A stretch of DNA of 63,829 nucleotides, filler included, from Octopus bimaculoides (GCF_001194135.2; 6 parts of 5 records of this genome joined end to end with filler, not necessarily neighbours in it); one strand, 5' to 3'; counted from the whole stretch's first letter, positions 50,475-63,621 are shown. Notes: generated by a model not told the origin, from the sequence alone. Program-made: numbers and translations.

Positions 50475-51689
50475 TCTTTCTATTCCCATCAGCACAATAA
50501 AAACCAGCATCCTATTGACGTTGTATTACTCAACAAACATATCCTTCATCTACTCAGGTGACATGAAAAGGAAATTCAATAAAGATTTCATGTGGATACG
50601 AGATATTGGGATAAGGAATTAAATTTGCTAAGACAATTAGTCTGGTATTCTAACGCTTTCGTAAGTCTTTACTATTCCTCAAATACATTATGGTTGACTT
50701 TTTCATACGTGAAAATGTATTTGAAATTTAAAAGATGAAGAAATCGGATTGCGAGTAGAGAAATCGGGCTGAGTCTCTTGATATTTTTGATGGGCAATAA
50801 CGATAACATTCACAGAATGGAGTCAGCTCGAATAAGTTCATGCCGAGTGAAAGGAATTTTGTGTGCTGTTCGGAGTAGGAACTGATCCAGATTCATGACC
50901 TGTAGTATGATTACAATATTTCCAATCAGGAAACAAAGCAAGCTTCAAACGTCACACTTTCGTAGTTCTTGTTGTTATATACAACTAGTGCTAAAAACAA
51001 TTATTTTACATGCAGAAGAGGTTATTATTTGCTCATTCAGTCATATTCTTTTACGAGTTCTATTCAACATATTACATTTAAGAAATTACATATCATTAGC
51101 TACAATTAATTTATTTACGAAACGAATTAAGGGATACATACATTAGTACTTCATAACAATCTAATGTACATTTGTATATAAGTTTAGCATTGTTATGCAG
51201 TGACATTGTATGGAGCCTAAATTTTAAACAGAAACATATCTTTGAGCAGAAAATACAGCGATATCTAACCTATTGTACTATAAAGTAACACTTTATCCAA
51301 AAGTAATCTCCTTGTCAACCAGCTGGAGGCAAGAGCGAAAAAAATATTCGGTGTTAAATATTTGCTCAGTACTTCCAGGTCATTTCCAATCGCGTTCTAA
51401 CTTAAAGTGCTAACGACATTTTTTTTATTTAAGACAAACGTATTGTAATCGTTTGATCCCTGTACGGTATACATTCGTGGCGGGGGGGATATTATCATTC
51501 ATGACATTTTAAATCAGTATTTTTAGATCCTAGGTAACATTTACACTCACACGAATGCATAATGATTCTGGCGTAAAAATAATCCTGTATCTGATTGCAA
51601 TGTGGAACGACACAACCTACCTACACATAAAACACGCACACACACATACGCACTCAAATACTCAAGGACCTTCAAACACAAATACGCGA

Positions 51690-51730
<41 letters not shown>

Positions 51731-53174
51731 CATGTAAACATAAACAAATAGTATTCACTATATTTGTATGTACACATACAATGACACAGACTAGTACATT
51801 ACTAACACATGTATGAATCGCAACAATTAATTTTCTCTAATTGATTAGATATATTGTGACCTTACTGAATAAAACTCTTGAGAAATACCCATGTAAAAGA
51901 ATGTTGGTTGAAAAATGTCGAGCTTCTTGCTTTTTTCTTATTCTTGTGAGAGATCAAGAGTATCCCTCTATACTATTTCTTGTTCACCGGAAAATGTACG
52001 AAAATGTGTGTGAAATCAATTAGAAAGTAATATTAATTACTGAATATCCTGTCAAGTAATCAGGAAGCACACGGCTAATTTAACTCGTGCTGATGGTAGT
52101 GAATATTATTGTGTTAATATAGAACACACAACGACTACCAGAAACTGGAGAAAGCGGCACCAATTTTGGAAATTTACCAGGAAGTGTTGACTGTTGGGTT
52201 GGACGCGCAACCCGTCGTTATCGCTGCAAACTCATTCACAGTGCAATTACTGCAGAACATCTTCAGCGAAATGTAAACTATAAGGAGGGCAGCTGTAAAC
52301 GTAGATCTGTTCGATCAATTCATGGATCGATAATTGTTTGTCGCATGGATGTTGTCCACTGTCAGAATCACAAGTGGCTATCCATCCCTTGTCAGATGTC
52401 TGACATCACCGAACTTTGTTTCTGTACTTCATACTGTTTATTTTCTTGTTGCAATCGCTTCAGGTGAATGCCAACACAACTACTAAATGAATAGAGACTA
52501 CAATACGGTTTTTATTTACTTTAATAAAACTCATCAATTTTAGAAGTTCCCATTTCTTTTCCACTAAAATTTCTCAAGATATTTTCCAATATAGGAAATC
52601 GAAAATGAGCGCAACTAGAACTATTAGTGTTGTTATTGTTGTTTCAATGGTAAATATCATTATAAAATCTATGGTAGCTGTAGTAATCACAGTGTGAGTG
52701 TAACGTCTGTGTGCGCATGTGTGTATACAAAAATACGTTAGATATTTTAAGCCACTAATCTCCTTTGTATCGTTTTCATTCCCACCCTCACTAACGTAAA
52801 TATAATGATCAAAGCGATTTAAAGGATTAGAAAGAATTTAAGGCATTTTTTCTTCCCTTTTTGGTGGGAATCAAATATTTAAGAGATTCTGCAATGCGTT
52901 CGTTTGAACAAAAGAAGATGGAAGTCGAATAAATAAGAGGAACACTGTAAACTTGGAAAGCTGTAATATAGAAAGCAACAACGACTGAAAAACTACAACA
53001 GCAGAGACAACAACGATTACAAAAGTTACAACAGTATTTGGAAAATAAGACACAATCAATACTGTATTAATCCCTATGCTAACTATATTAATGCTTGCAA
53101 TCAAATAAAAAAAGCAAAAATTAATAAGTAATTTCCTTTCTGTGATGTAGCAAAACCGTCAGAAGGAAAGAGAG

Positions 53175-53950
53175 AAATTCAAATGTTTTCATTTAAAATG
53201 GTCTCTAATTCAATGTCGCATTAAGGAATACACCTGAAGTAACATATCACATTAAACTAGTCGTAAAGCTGCTATGTCAAACAAATAAGAAAGGAAATAC
53301 AATTGTCACAGGTAGAATATTTTTATTATGGGTCTGCTCGATCAGACTTACTCGAACGAAAAATACCTGATAGAAAGTCGCAAGAGTGAAAAGTATTGAT
53401 AATAATAACAAGAAGCAAATGTGGAATTTATACGATTTAAGCTGTAACAGATTTAAATCCAATATTTAAGTTAATTCCCCAGAAATTTGAACCTTGAAAT
53501 ATCAAGGCACAAAAAAGATGTTTATAGAAATATGTTTTGTTTTAAATGCAAATTCATTGAAAAACAAACATACATGGCCATAAATTTATACCCCCCCATA
53601 TATATATATATATANNNNNNNNNNNNNNNNNNNNNNNNNNNNNNNNNNNNNNNNNNNNNNNNNNNNNNNNNNNNNNNNNNNNNNNNNNNNNNNNNNNNNN
53701 NNNNNNNNNNNNNNNNNNNNNNNNNNNNNATATATACATGTACATATATACATGGTCACATATAAGACATACATTTATGTTCGTACAACCAAGCCTTTTG
53801 CGATACCCTTAGAGCCAGAAATTCTAATGTTTTCTCTCAAAATGGACTCTAATTCAATGTCGCATTAAAGAATACAGCTAAAGTGACATATCACATAAAA
53901 CTAGTCGTAAAACTGTTATGTTTAATAAATAAGAAAGCAAATATAATTGC
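53175..53950 (+). repeat. Diverged local direct repeat (~135 bp x2)
   Basis: 53175-53310 vs 53815-53950 share aaatgg.ctctaattcaatgtcgcattaa.gaataca.ct.aagt.acatatcacat.aaactagtcgtaaa. Confidence 0.85.
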
Positions 53951-54254
53951 TTGTCGTATGCATGGTGTCCACTGTCAGGATTGTGAGTGGCTAACAATCA
54001 CGTGTCGGATGTCTGTCTTTTCCGAGTGTTCTTTTTGTACTTCATACTGTACACACGCGCACGCACACACACACGCACACACATATGTATATTATATATA
54101 TTCAATATGAATGTAGTTTTATTTTGTAGGAATGTCATTTTATTTCGGTTAACTTTGATAGAATGTATAAAAGCGAAATACACCACAATATATCATCCAC
54201 AAATAAAAGTAGTTAAAAAACTAGAAAAAAAGAAAGAAAAACATATCAACTAAA

Positions 54255-54830
54255 TTATGTCGGAGAGATAACAATTTGCTCAAGGTAGACACCGTCTGCT
54301 TCCATTAACATGTTGCGACTGCTCCGCAACATGGCACCTGCCTTTCTCACTGTGTCCTTCGGATGAACTTCGAACACCTCCTTGCTTTTGATTTGGGCCA
54401 ACAGTTTGGCCTTGTGTTGCGGGTAGAACGGCTCGTGCCTTTCTCCACCGTGCTCCACACTTAGTAACCCATTAGTTTACAATCGGAGAATTTAGGTGAC
54501 AAGAAATTAGGGCTAGTAAAATCGTAGAATTTCTTCGATAACATCATCTGTCACTTTCCAGAGGAATGGCAAAGAGCCTAATTCTGCTGCTACACATTTG
54601 GTCTTCTTACTACAACTTTCTTCACTTAAGGATTGAACATTGTCAACTGCCGCTTCACATTAACGACATAATTGATACTAAGGCCCAGTTCGAAGTTGTG
54701 GGGCAGTATGATGGCACTGCCTCACTTAAGGATTGAACATCGTCTACGGCCGCTTCATAATGCCATCATAATTGATACTAAGGCCCAGTTCGAAGTTGTG
54801 GGGCAGTATGATGGCACTGTCACTGAAGAC
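54255..54830 (-). pseudogene. DD37D/maT-type transposase C-terminal remnant (second subfamily)
   Basis: Minus strand FSDSAIILPHNFELGLSINYDG...RRPNV*QQN*ALCHSS...LSKKFYDFTSPNFLSPKFSDCKLMGY*VWSTVEKGT...AKLLAQIK.KEVFEVHPKDTVRKA...MEADGVYLE. Confidence 0.8.
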
Positions 54831-55135
54831 ACTTTCTTACGTTGTCGCTGTTGCAGCTGTCCATGTCAGGCTTTACAAATTTTGCAGAAATCACGAAAGA
54901 CTAAGCTACAGCTATTGACTATATCAACCTAATTTTTATTTTGAATTGATGTTTATCTTTTTTCTTTTCGTTGTTTTAGGAAAACGACTGTGGCCATGGC
55001 TGAGCACCACCTTGAAGGGTTTAGTCGAGGAAATCGACCCGAGTAGTAATACCCTGGTAGTAAATCTCTCAGTTCTCTATTGCACAACAATATGTAGACA
55101 GAAACAAGCCCAACCACACACACGCAAATTAAGCC

Positions 55136-55172
<37 letters not shown>

Positions 55173-55409
55173 CACATATACGCAGATGTCTATCTATCTA
55201 TCTGTCTATCTATCTATCTATCTATCTATCCATCTATTTATCTATCTATACGCATATATATGCAAATACGTATACATTTACATATGTATATACGCGCGCA
55301 TGCACGCACACACGCATACGCACAAACAAACACACAGACACACACACACATGGATATATACGTGTGTGTGTGTGTATTAAGAGAGAGATAGACGGCGATG
55401 TAAGATTAT

Positions 55410-55680
55410 AAGATGGTGTATGCCTGAGCGATTAAGACAACTACGTGGCCCTGGGTTCACATCTACTTCGTGACATCTTGGGCAAATTTCATTTTCTATA
55501 GCTTCGAATTGAATATACCTTGTAAGTGAAATTGCACATGTGATTGGATTGTATCTGTAATAGAAAAGAAGTGTATCTTTATTTAGCGTGTCATGTAGAT
55601 TTAGAGTTAGGATTATATTAAGGGTACATGTGTCTGTGGAACCGACCAACACCCTTTTATTAAGGGGCCGTTGATTATGT
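55410..55680 (+). mobile_element. Degenerate SINE (family B/C-like) remnants
   Basis: gccctgggttcacatc..gtgacatcttgggcaaa..ttttctatagc and taagggtacatgtgtctgtgga resemble parts of families B and C. Confidence 0.45.
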
Positions 55681-55804
55681 TCATCGAACAATGAATCATA
55701 ATCATCGAACTTTTGAAGGCTACCCACCATATATAAAATGAGTATATATATGCAAATATATTTACACACATATATGCATGTATATATTTTTTTGCGCCCT
55801 TTTA

Positions 55805-56033
55805 AAGTCTAGGCAGACTCATGGGCCCGATTTCCCGGTTTCAATGGCGTATGCGTTCCCCAGTTGGACGGGATGCCAGTCCATCGCAACTTTACTCATT
55901 TTTGCCAGCTGGAGCAACGTGAAATGAAGTGTTTTCCTCAAGAACACAACGCGTCGTCCGGTCCAGGAATCGAAAACTCAATCTTACCATCATGATGCTG
56001 ATAACCACTAACCACTAAGCCACGCGCCTCCAC
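55805..56033 (-). mobile_element. SINE family C variant
   Basis: Reverse complement of head gtggaggcgcgtggcttagtggttag...gtttcgattcctggac...gttgtgttcttgagg..aacacttcatttcacgttgctccagc. Confidence 0.85.
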
Positions 56034-56797
56034 GCATGTACATATAACATACCTAAATACTCGGATCTCTGTTGACAGGCCGAGAATGCTAAGAACGTGT
56101 TAAACATAGTATGCGAGTTAGTGGCTCCATTTCTCTGAACCCACTGGATTGTGTATATAGACGCTTTGACTGACTTTGAGCTTGGTTAAGTCATGTAGAC
56201 ATCATAGATGCGACGACAGCTAGAGTCGAAAATCAATTGCGGATGTTCGTCCCTTTTTTCAAACTACGGTGAAATATTTAAATTTGCCATGCTCGTATGT
56301 CTACTACGTAACCTTATAACTACATATAAGTCATTTTTATATATATCAGAAAGCTATACCACAGAGAGAGAGAGAGAGAAAGAGTTGGGGAAAGAGACCC
56401 AACAATATACAGAATTTCCTTCTATATTCAACGTCTTAATTATGATTGATTTCTTTTGAAAAGCTACAACCCCAGCACTCGACAGAAATCAATATAGTGC
56501 ATTGAAAAGTCTCCGTATATCAACACAACTTGCTTTAAATTGTAGAGAAATCAAAGTCCAAATAATTAATTTCAGGTTTTCAATGAAGAAAGAGTGATCA
56601 TGCTTCATTTATTCTGAGTCTAACCGTTCTTGGAATTTTCTATATTTCTGTAGGAAGGTATAAAAATCATTTATAACTTTGATACTAAAATGTCCCACCA
56701 CGTTATGTTTTGATGATGGTGACATTGATACAGGATTTACCCGTTCAATATATAATGACGAATGGAGAATATAAAGACGACACGTAAATGATTGAAA

Positions 56798-57281
56798 CTT
56801 CTTTTCTAATCTAGGCACAAGGCCTGAATTTTTTTTTTGTTTTTGTTTTTGATGGGGAGGAGTAGCAGTCGATTAGATCGACCCCGTTACGCAACTGGTA
56901 ATTAATTTATCGACCCCGTCACGCAACTGGTAATTAATTAATCGACCCCGAAAGGATGAAAGGCAAAGTCGCCCTCGCGGAATTTGAATTCAGAACGTAA
57001 AAACAGACGAAATACCGCTAAGCATTTCGTCCGGCGTGCTAACGTTTCTTATTTCTTTATTGCCCACAAGGGGCTAAACATAGAGGAGACGAACAAGGAC
57101 AGACAAAAGGATTAAGTCGATTACATCGACCCAAGTGCGTAACTTGTACTTAATTTATCGACCCCGAAAAGATAAAAAGCAAAGTCGATCTCGGCGGATT
57201 TTGAACTCAGAACGTAATGGCAGACGAAATACCGCTAAGTTTTTCGCCCGGCGTGCTAACGTTTCTGCCAGCTCGCCGCCT
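56798..57281 (-). mobile_element. Dimeric SINE family A with 13-bp TSD
   Basis: Junction ggcgtgctaac|gtttcttatttctttattgccc at ~57041; flanked by TAAATGATTGAAA at 56785-56797 and 57282-57294. Confidence 0.93.
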
Positions 57282-57615
57282 TAAATGATTGAAAATTATA
57301 AAGTAAAAGGACACATCATGTATTATTTTCGATGAAGTATATCAAACCACTTCTCACTACAGCTGCTTGCAGTTTGTTCTCTTTTACTTGTTTCAGACAT
57401 GGAACTGCGTCCATGCTGGTGCACCACATTCAAGGTCTTAGTCGAACAAATTGAAAACAGTACTTATTTTCTTTTGTTAGGTTAGGTTTAGTGCATATTT
57501 TATCGTTGTCTAGTACTGATCCACTAAGTCGCTGTGTTGCAAACAAAGCAACACCGATTATCAAGCGGTGGTGAAAGTAGTGGGCAAACACAAGCAAAAA
57601 GACTCTCTTACACAC

Positions 57616-57648
<33 letters not shown>

Positions 57649-58013
57649 NNNNNNNNNNNNNNNNNNNNNNNNNNNNNNNNNNNNNNNNNNNNNNNNNNNN
57701 NNNNNNNNNNNNNNNNNNNNNNNNNNNNNNNNNNNNNNNNNNNNNNNNNNNNNNNNNNNNNNNNNNNNNNNNNNNNNNNNNNNNNNNNNNNNNNNNNNNN
57801 NNNNNNNNNNNNNNNNNNNNNNNNNNNNNNNNNNNNNNNNNNNNNNNNNNNNNNNNNNNNNNNNNNNNNNNNNNNNNNNNNNNNNNNNNNNNNNNNNNNN
57901 NNNNNNNNNNNNNNNNNNNNNNNNNNNNNNNNNNNNNNNNNNNNNNNNNNNNNNNNNNNNNNNNNNNNNNNNNNNNNNNNNNNNNNNNNNNNNNNNNNNN
58001 NNNNNNNNNNNNN

Positions 58014-58496
58014 CATGCAGGTCTCTCAGGTCCTTCGGGAGGATATTGAAGAGCTGTGGACCTCTGAAGCCCAGGCTATTGCAATATCTTGTCCTACATC
58101 TTGTTGGCAAATTTGGAGTCCTTGGCACTATGCAAAGGCGTCTAGTTCTTTAATTTGTGTAACTTTCGATGACAAAGTTTGGGACAGTTCCTTTGAGGAT
58201 CTTCCAGATGTATATTATAGCTTATCTTTCTCGCCTACGCTCTAAGGAATAGGGTCTTAATCTCTTGAGTCTTTCCCAATAGCTTATATGCTGCATAGAG
58301 GCTAACTTCTTCATGTAGCTTCGTTGGATTGCCTCAAGTTCTGAGATTAATTTGACACTGGTTGGTGACCATAGCTGAGAGCAATAGTCAAAGTGGCTTA
58401 GGACAAGTGTCCTCCAGAGGACCATCATGGTTTCCTGATCTCTTGTTCTAAAAGTCCTAAGAATCCATCCGGTCAGTCGCCTGCATTTCATATGCA
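58014..58496 (-). pseudogene. CR1/L2-type LINE ORF2 C-terminal fragment, 5'-truncated
   Basis: CRRLTGWILRTFRTRDQETMMVLWRTLVLSHFDYCSQLWSP...LEAIQRSY...SYWERLKRLRPYSLERRRER(fs)...RTRYCNSLGFRGPQLFNILPKDLRDLH; the YCS.LWSP and YWERL..L..YSLERRR motifs are typical. Confidence 0.85.
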
Positions 58497-58504
58497 GCGG
58501 TTTT

Positions 58505-58642
58505 CAACTTTGTTTCCGTCTACAAAATTCTCCCAGGATGCTTTGGTATATAACAATTTCTGAGATGCTGCGCAGTGGGTCTAAGCCGACAAAAACGAGA
58601 TTTCAAAGCGAGCTTCTTAGCCACGTACTCATACCTGCGTCT
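58505..58642 (-). mobile_element. SINE family B head fragment
   Basis: tttccgtctacaaaattc...gcgcagtgggtctaagcc...agcttcttagccacgtactcatacctgcgtc is a degraded reverse complement of the 40488 head. Confidence 0.6.
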
Positions 58643-59370
58643 TAATAAAAATTCTAAAGTCGCAAGAATTATTGTATTCAACATATTTCCTATTTGAAAG
58701 TTCTCTTATGCTTCATTATGGTGGCATGGGTTAATCAAACTCTGCTGTATTTTTCCTTAGAATATTGAAAGAATCTAGATAATATAGGACACTGGTGCCG
58801 TTATTAAACTATTTCTATCGTTTTAGCATCAACCGTTATGGTAGCATATCAATGAAAACTAATAAAATTCCCAGAGCAAAGATTTGAGAAATATATTATG
58901 CTCACATATAAGTACTGTCCATATAAGATATTACGCTCTTACACTATCGCTCATGCACACTCACATTTACGCATGCAAATGCAAACGTAGATGCCAAAAC
59001 ACATGTATGGAAATATGAGTTATCGCTTTACATGTGATTATTTTCACTAAAATATTTCAGTATAATTGCGAAGTATATTCAATCGTACCCGTATGCGTGT
59101 CTTTTCAGTGTATATAGATGCATATATCACACACACACACACGCACACACACACACACACACAAGATATATATGTATATGTATATATCTATACACATTAT
59201 CTATATTATATTAATATATGTATCCTACACGTTGACACATACATGTGTCAACGTGTATATATATATATATNNNNNNNNNNNNNNNNNNNNNNNNNNNNNN
59301 NNNNNNNNNNNNNNTTAATTAATTAANNNNNNNNNNNNNNNNNNNNNNNNNNNNNNNNNNNNNNNNNNNN

Positions 59371-60408
59371 TTATCGACCCATTGCTTGTCTTAACCTCTT
59401 ATGGAAAGTATTAACAGGCATGCTCACAAGGAAAATATTTACGTTCCTTGCAGAAGACAATCTACTTCCAGTAGAAGAAAAGGGATGCAGAAAAGGATCC
59501 AAGGGTACCAAGGACCACCTTGTGATAGACAATTTTGTAATGAAGAACTGCAATCGGTACCAAATAACTTGTGCATGGCCTGGACAGACCTTAAAACGCT
59601 TACGACATGCANNNNNNNNNNNNNNNNNNNNNNNNNNNNNNNNNNNNNNNNNNNNNNNNNNNNNNNNNNNNNNNNNNNNNNNNNNNNNNNNNNNNNNNNN
59701 NNNNNNNNNNNNNNNNNNNNNNNNNNNNNNNNNNNNNNNNNNNNNNNNNNNNNNNNNNNNNNNNNNNNNNNNNNNNNNNNNNNNNNNNNNNNNNNNNNNN
59801 NNNNNNNNNNNACAGCATGTCTAGTTAGAAAACACGTCTTTTTCCTATAAGAACAAGCATTTAGCCAAGGTAACAACCAGAGCAGGTATCTGCCAGGGAG
59901 ATTCTAGTTTCTCTTTGTTAGTTATAGCCTTGATTGCCCTTTCTGTAGTTGGACGCAAAATCAACACGCATTATGAGCTGAGAATGAATGGACCATGTCT
60001 CAACAAACTTCTCTTTATGGATGAGTTAAAACTGTTCGCAAAAATAGAACCTGAAATGGAGAGACTGGTTGAAACTGTGCAGATGTGCAGCAAGGATATA
60101 GGGATAGAATTCAGTATCTCGACGCGTGCGGTACTCGCTTCGAAACTGGGGAAAAGAGCACATTGTAGGGGCATAGAATTGCCAATTGGAGAGAGAAGGG
60201 AAGACCCAGATGATGGCTACAGTAACTTTTACTTGGAACTGCACTAATATTGCGTGATATACTGTCTGAGGTCCTTGCTGTGATTTGACTAGCAGTACAC
60301 ACCGGGTGGACACATTATCTACAATCAGCATCACGTTATTGGATACTGTGCGACGTCTTAAATAATAAGAATGATGATGATGATAATGATGATGGTGATG
60401 ATAACAAT
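59371..60408 (+). mobile_element. R4/Dong-like RLE non-LTR retrotransposon, copy 1 (RT core, internally deleted)
   Basis: YRPIACLNLLWKVLTG...EEKGCRKGSKGTKDHLVID...(fs)NLCMAWTD; GICQGDS; LNKLLFMDELKLFAK...KDIGIEF. Jumps to C-terminal LLGTALILRDILS, then 3'UTR and (AAT/GAT)n tail. Confidence 0.85.
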
Positions 60409-60487
60409 NNNNNNNNNNNNNNNNNNNNNNNNNNNNNNNNNNNNNNNNNNNNNNNNNNNNNNNNNNNNNNNNNNNNNNNNNNNNNNN

Positions 60488-62000
60488 AGAAGAAGACTTG
60501 AGAATCAAACCAAAGCAAGAAAGGAGAAAAAATTATAGACACCAGTGACAGCAGAAGAGGCTCTTCAAGAACAATGAAAATAACTTCTATAAACAACTGA
60601 ACAAAGGAGAAGTGTATTAGGGAAACGATATGCCAGATGCTTAAACNNNNNNNNNNNNNNNNNNNNNNNNNNNNNNNNNNNNNNNNNNNNNNNNNNNNNN
60701 NNNNNNNNNNNNNNNNNNAAGGTGGGAGGACACAAGAAAATATAACTCTCACGGATAAGAGACTAAAGGGTATGTTGAAGAAAATACCAAACCGAAAACA
60801 CCCCGGGCCAGATGGTGTCCGTTGTTACCTGGTTCAAAACCTTCCAAGTATACACACCTATATACGGCCATTTTTTATTCATTACATAAAAAATGGAACA
60901 CCAGCATGGATGACAAAAGGAAGGAGAGTAATAATCTAGAAAGACAAAGAACAGAGAGGGGAAGTCAGCAATTATTGACCTATTATTTGCTTACCACTAC
61001 TCAGGAAAGAAATATTAATTGGCCTTACAACGGATGAAGTACATAAATAAAGGTGGATCTATTGTCAGAAGACAAAAAGAATATAGAAAGAAATCAAATT
61101 TAACTGCTGATCTACTATATACATGGAGTACTATNNNNNNNNNNNNNNNNNNNNNNNNNNNNNNNNNNNNNNNNNNNNNNNNNNNNNNNNNNNNNNNNNN
61201 NNNNNNNNNNNNNNNNNNNNNNNNNNNNNNNNNNNNNNNNNNNNNNNNNNNNNNNNNNNNNNNNNNNNNNNNNNNNNNNNNNNNNNNNNNNNNNNNNNNN
61301 NNNNNNNNNNAGGTTGAACGACCTGGGGAGAATGCGGCAACTCTTGTTTATAAAAGAAGTTGAGATTAGTTGCAAAAAAAAAAGAGTCCGAGCAATCGGC
61401 TGATAGGTGGGAGCAGAAACAACTCCACGGCAAATATGTAACTCATAGCAAACGAGCAGGATTTGACCGGAAGCTACCCATTAGTGGCTACGGAGCTCAG
61501 GGCTAAAAGCAGAGAGTAAGGCTTCATCTTAGTCACTCAAGATCAAAGCATATCGACTCGGAACTACCAAACCAATGTGATGAAAAATGGAGTAGATCCA
61601 AAATGCCTATTCTGCAATGATGTGATTAAAACAGTGGACCACCTAAGCTCAGGATGTAAAGTTTTAGCACCAGAAGAGTACAAATCAAAACATGACAGAC
61701 TTGGCCAGTATCTACATTGGTTGATANNNNNNNNNNNNNNNNNNNNNNNNNNNNNNNAGTGTATAATCACCACCCTGAAGTTGTAACTGAGGGAGAAAAT
61801 GTAACGATTCTTGGAGACCTTTCAGTATATACAGACCGAACCATCATAGCTAATAAAGCGGTTATTGTAGAAGACAAAAACAATGATGACTGTTTATTGA
61901 TCGACATGAGTAATCCCTGTGATAGTAATATCTCGGAAAAAGAATTTGCCAAGCTCAAAAAATATAAAAATTTGCTCATTGAAATTGAAAATATCGTATC
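60488..62000 (+). mobile_element. R4/Dong-like element, copy 2 (gapped)
   Basis: QKRLFKNNENNFYKQL; KKIPNRKHPGPDGV...PAWMTKGR...SNY*PIICLP; QLHGKY; GLKAE..QDQSISTRNYQ..MKNGVDPKCLFC...TVDHLSSGC (CCHC); YTDRTIIANKAVIV..LLIDM..EKEFAKLKKYKNL (RLE region). Confidence 0.88.
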
Positions 62001-62564
62001 TCAAGGCGGTTATCGTCGAACGACTTTTCCAAATATTTTGATATTCAAACCTTATTGCCACTCTGCTTTTAATAAGAAGCAAGTATTATTTTAAAGAGAG
62101 AGGATTTGGTCATATAAAAGTTATGAAATAATATGATATTAGGGATAATTGTAAATAGCGTTCCATCTGTAGATTATTCTTCTTTTTATTAAATTTTGTT
62201 TAAAAACACGTTATTTCCGGGAGCTCTAGCATTTTCCCAAATGACCATACTGGGAGAGACACATTTAAACCAGTCATCAGCAGAAGGTCCTCCACATCCA
62301 ATATGTTTTGTAATATTTCATGCTGCTGCAATATTTTTTTTATATATTACCAGATATTGTATAAGATAATATACTATTTTCTATTGAAAGCATCAAAGTA
62401 ATTTATAGAAACAAACGTGTTTTCTTAAGAAATATAAAGCTACAAGTCACTTAACATCTAAATNNNNNNNNNNNNNNNNNNNNNNNNNNNNNNNNNNNNN
62501 NNNNNNNTTAATTAATTAANNNNNNNNNNNNNNNNNNNNNNNNNNNNNNNNNNNNNNNNNNNNA

Positions 62565-62776
62565 TAACAAAAACACCAGGACTTACAAATATATATAACA
62601 TACAGAAAATTGCACTACTGGGTACTGCACACATTCTACGCAAAACACTTTCATTACAGTAAACATGAGAGCACCACAGCAAACCTCAGCACATACCCAA
62701 GGCGCACAGAGCTGCGCTCGGTAGTGAAGTGAAAGCACGTTATAAAAATAAAACAACTGAACAATAATAATAATAA
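62565..62776 (+). mobile_element. R4/Dong-like 3' end with (AAT)n tail
   Basis: ITKTPGLTNIYNIQKIALLGTAHILRKTLSLQ*, then 3'UTR and acaataataataataat. Confidence 0.85.
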
Positions 62777-63436
62777 TGTGTTGCCCAACAGCAAGCACTA
62801 AGAACAAGCTACATAAAATAGAGAATAGACAACACAGCAACACAGCAGAAAGTGTTAAGTGCAGAATTTGTGGACAAAACAGTGAAACCGTATGACGAAT
62901 TACCAGCCAAAATGCGCCACTAGCCCAGAAGGAATATAAGAGACGCCACGACAATATAGCCAGGCTTGTCAATTGGACACTTTGCAACAAGTATGGACTT
63001 CACAGAACAAAACATAGATACGACTATAAACACGAAGGTATCGTCGAAAATAGAAATGCAAAGATCCTATGGGATTTTATGATTCAGTGCGTCCGTGGGA
63101 TAGGGAATTGAGAAAGAAATCGAACTATGCTGGATCATAGATAGAGCATGCCAAGCTGACAACAAGGTATGCGATAAGGAAGAAAGAAAAGTCGAGAGAT
63201 ATGACAGGTTAGCTTGGGAAGTTAAGCAATTGTCGATGAAAAAGGTAGCAGTAGTACCAATAATTGTCTGAGTCCTGAGAACAGTGAGGAAAAATCTCGA
63301 GAGGTACGGGAAGAAACAGGGGCTGCAATAATGTTGGAGCACTTGCACAAAATCGCACTGCTTGGAACCTTACTCCGGAAGGTGCTCGAAAAATACGAGG
63401 TGTTACCTTAGTTTACTGGTAGTGAATAGCTGACAC
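62777..63436 (+). mobile_element. R4/Dong-like element, copy 3 (5'-truncated, different subfamily)
   Basis: QQALRTSYIK...KCRICGQNSETV...AQKEYKRRHDNIARLVNW.LC.KYGL...NAKILWDFMIQC...IID.ACQAD.KV.DKEERKVERY...VAVVPIIV...KIALLGT; begins immediately after the (AAT)n tail. Confidence 0.85.
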
Positions 63437-63442
63437 TAATCT

Positions 63443-63590
63443 AGGTGTATGGTTCAGTGGTTAGAGTATCAAGCTTACGATCGTGAGGTTGTGAGTTCGA
63501 ATCCAGGACCGGGCTGCGAGACACTTTATTTCCCGTTGCTCCAGTTCACTCAGCTGTAGAAATGAGTTTCGCTGTCACATGTGACAAGCC
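63443..63590 (+). mobile_element. SINE family C, 5' part
   Basis: ggtgtatggttcagtggttagagtatc...gagttcgaatcc...acactttatttcccgttgctccagttcactcagctg. Confidence 0.8.
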
Positions 63591-63621
63591 ATATCGGAGT
63601 TTGCTTTTTTCTTGGATAACA

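Noticed and set aside
56877-56950. Repeat-like array suggestive of CRISPR (also 26024-26180, 54622-54819)
   Set aside because: Tandem units without unique spacers, no cas genes, eukaryotic context.
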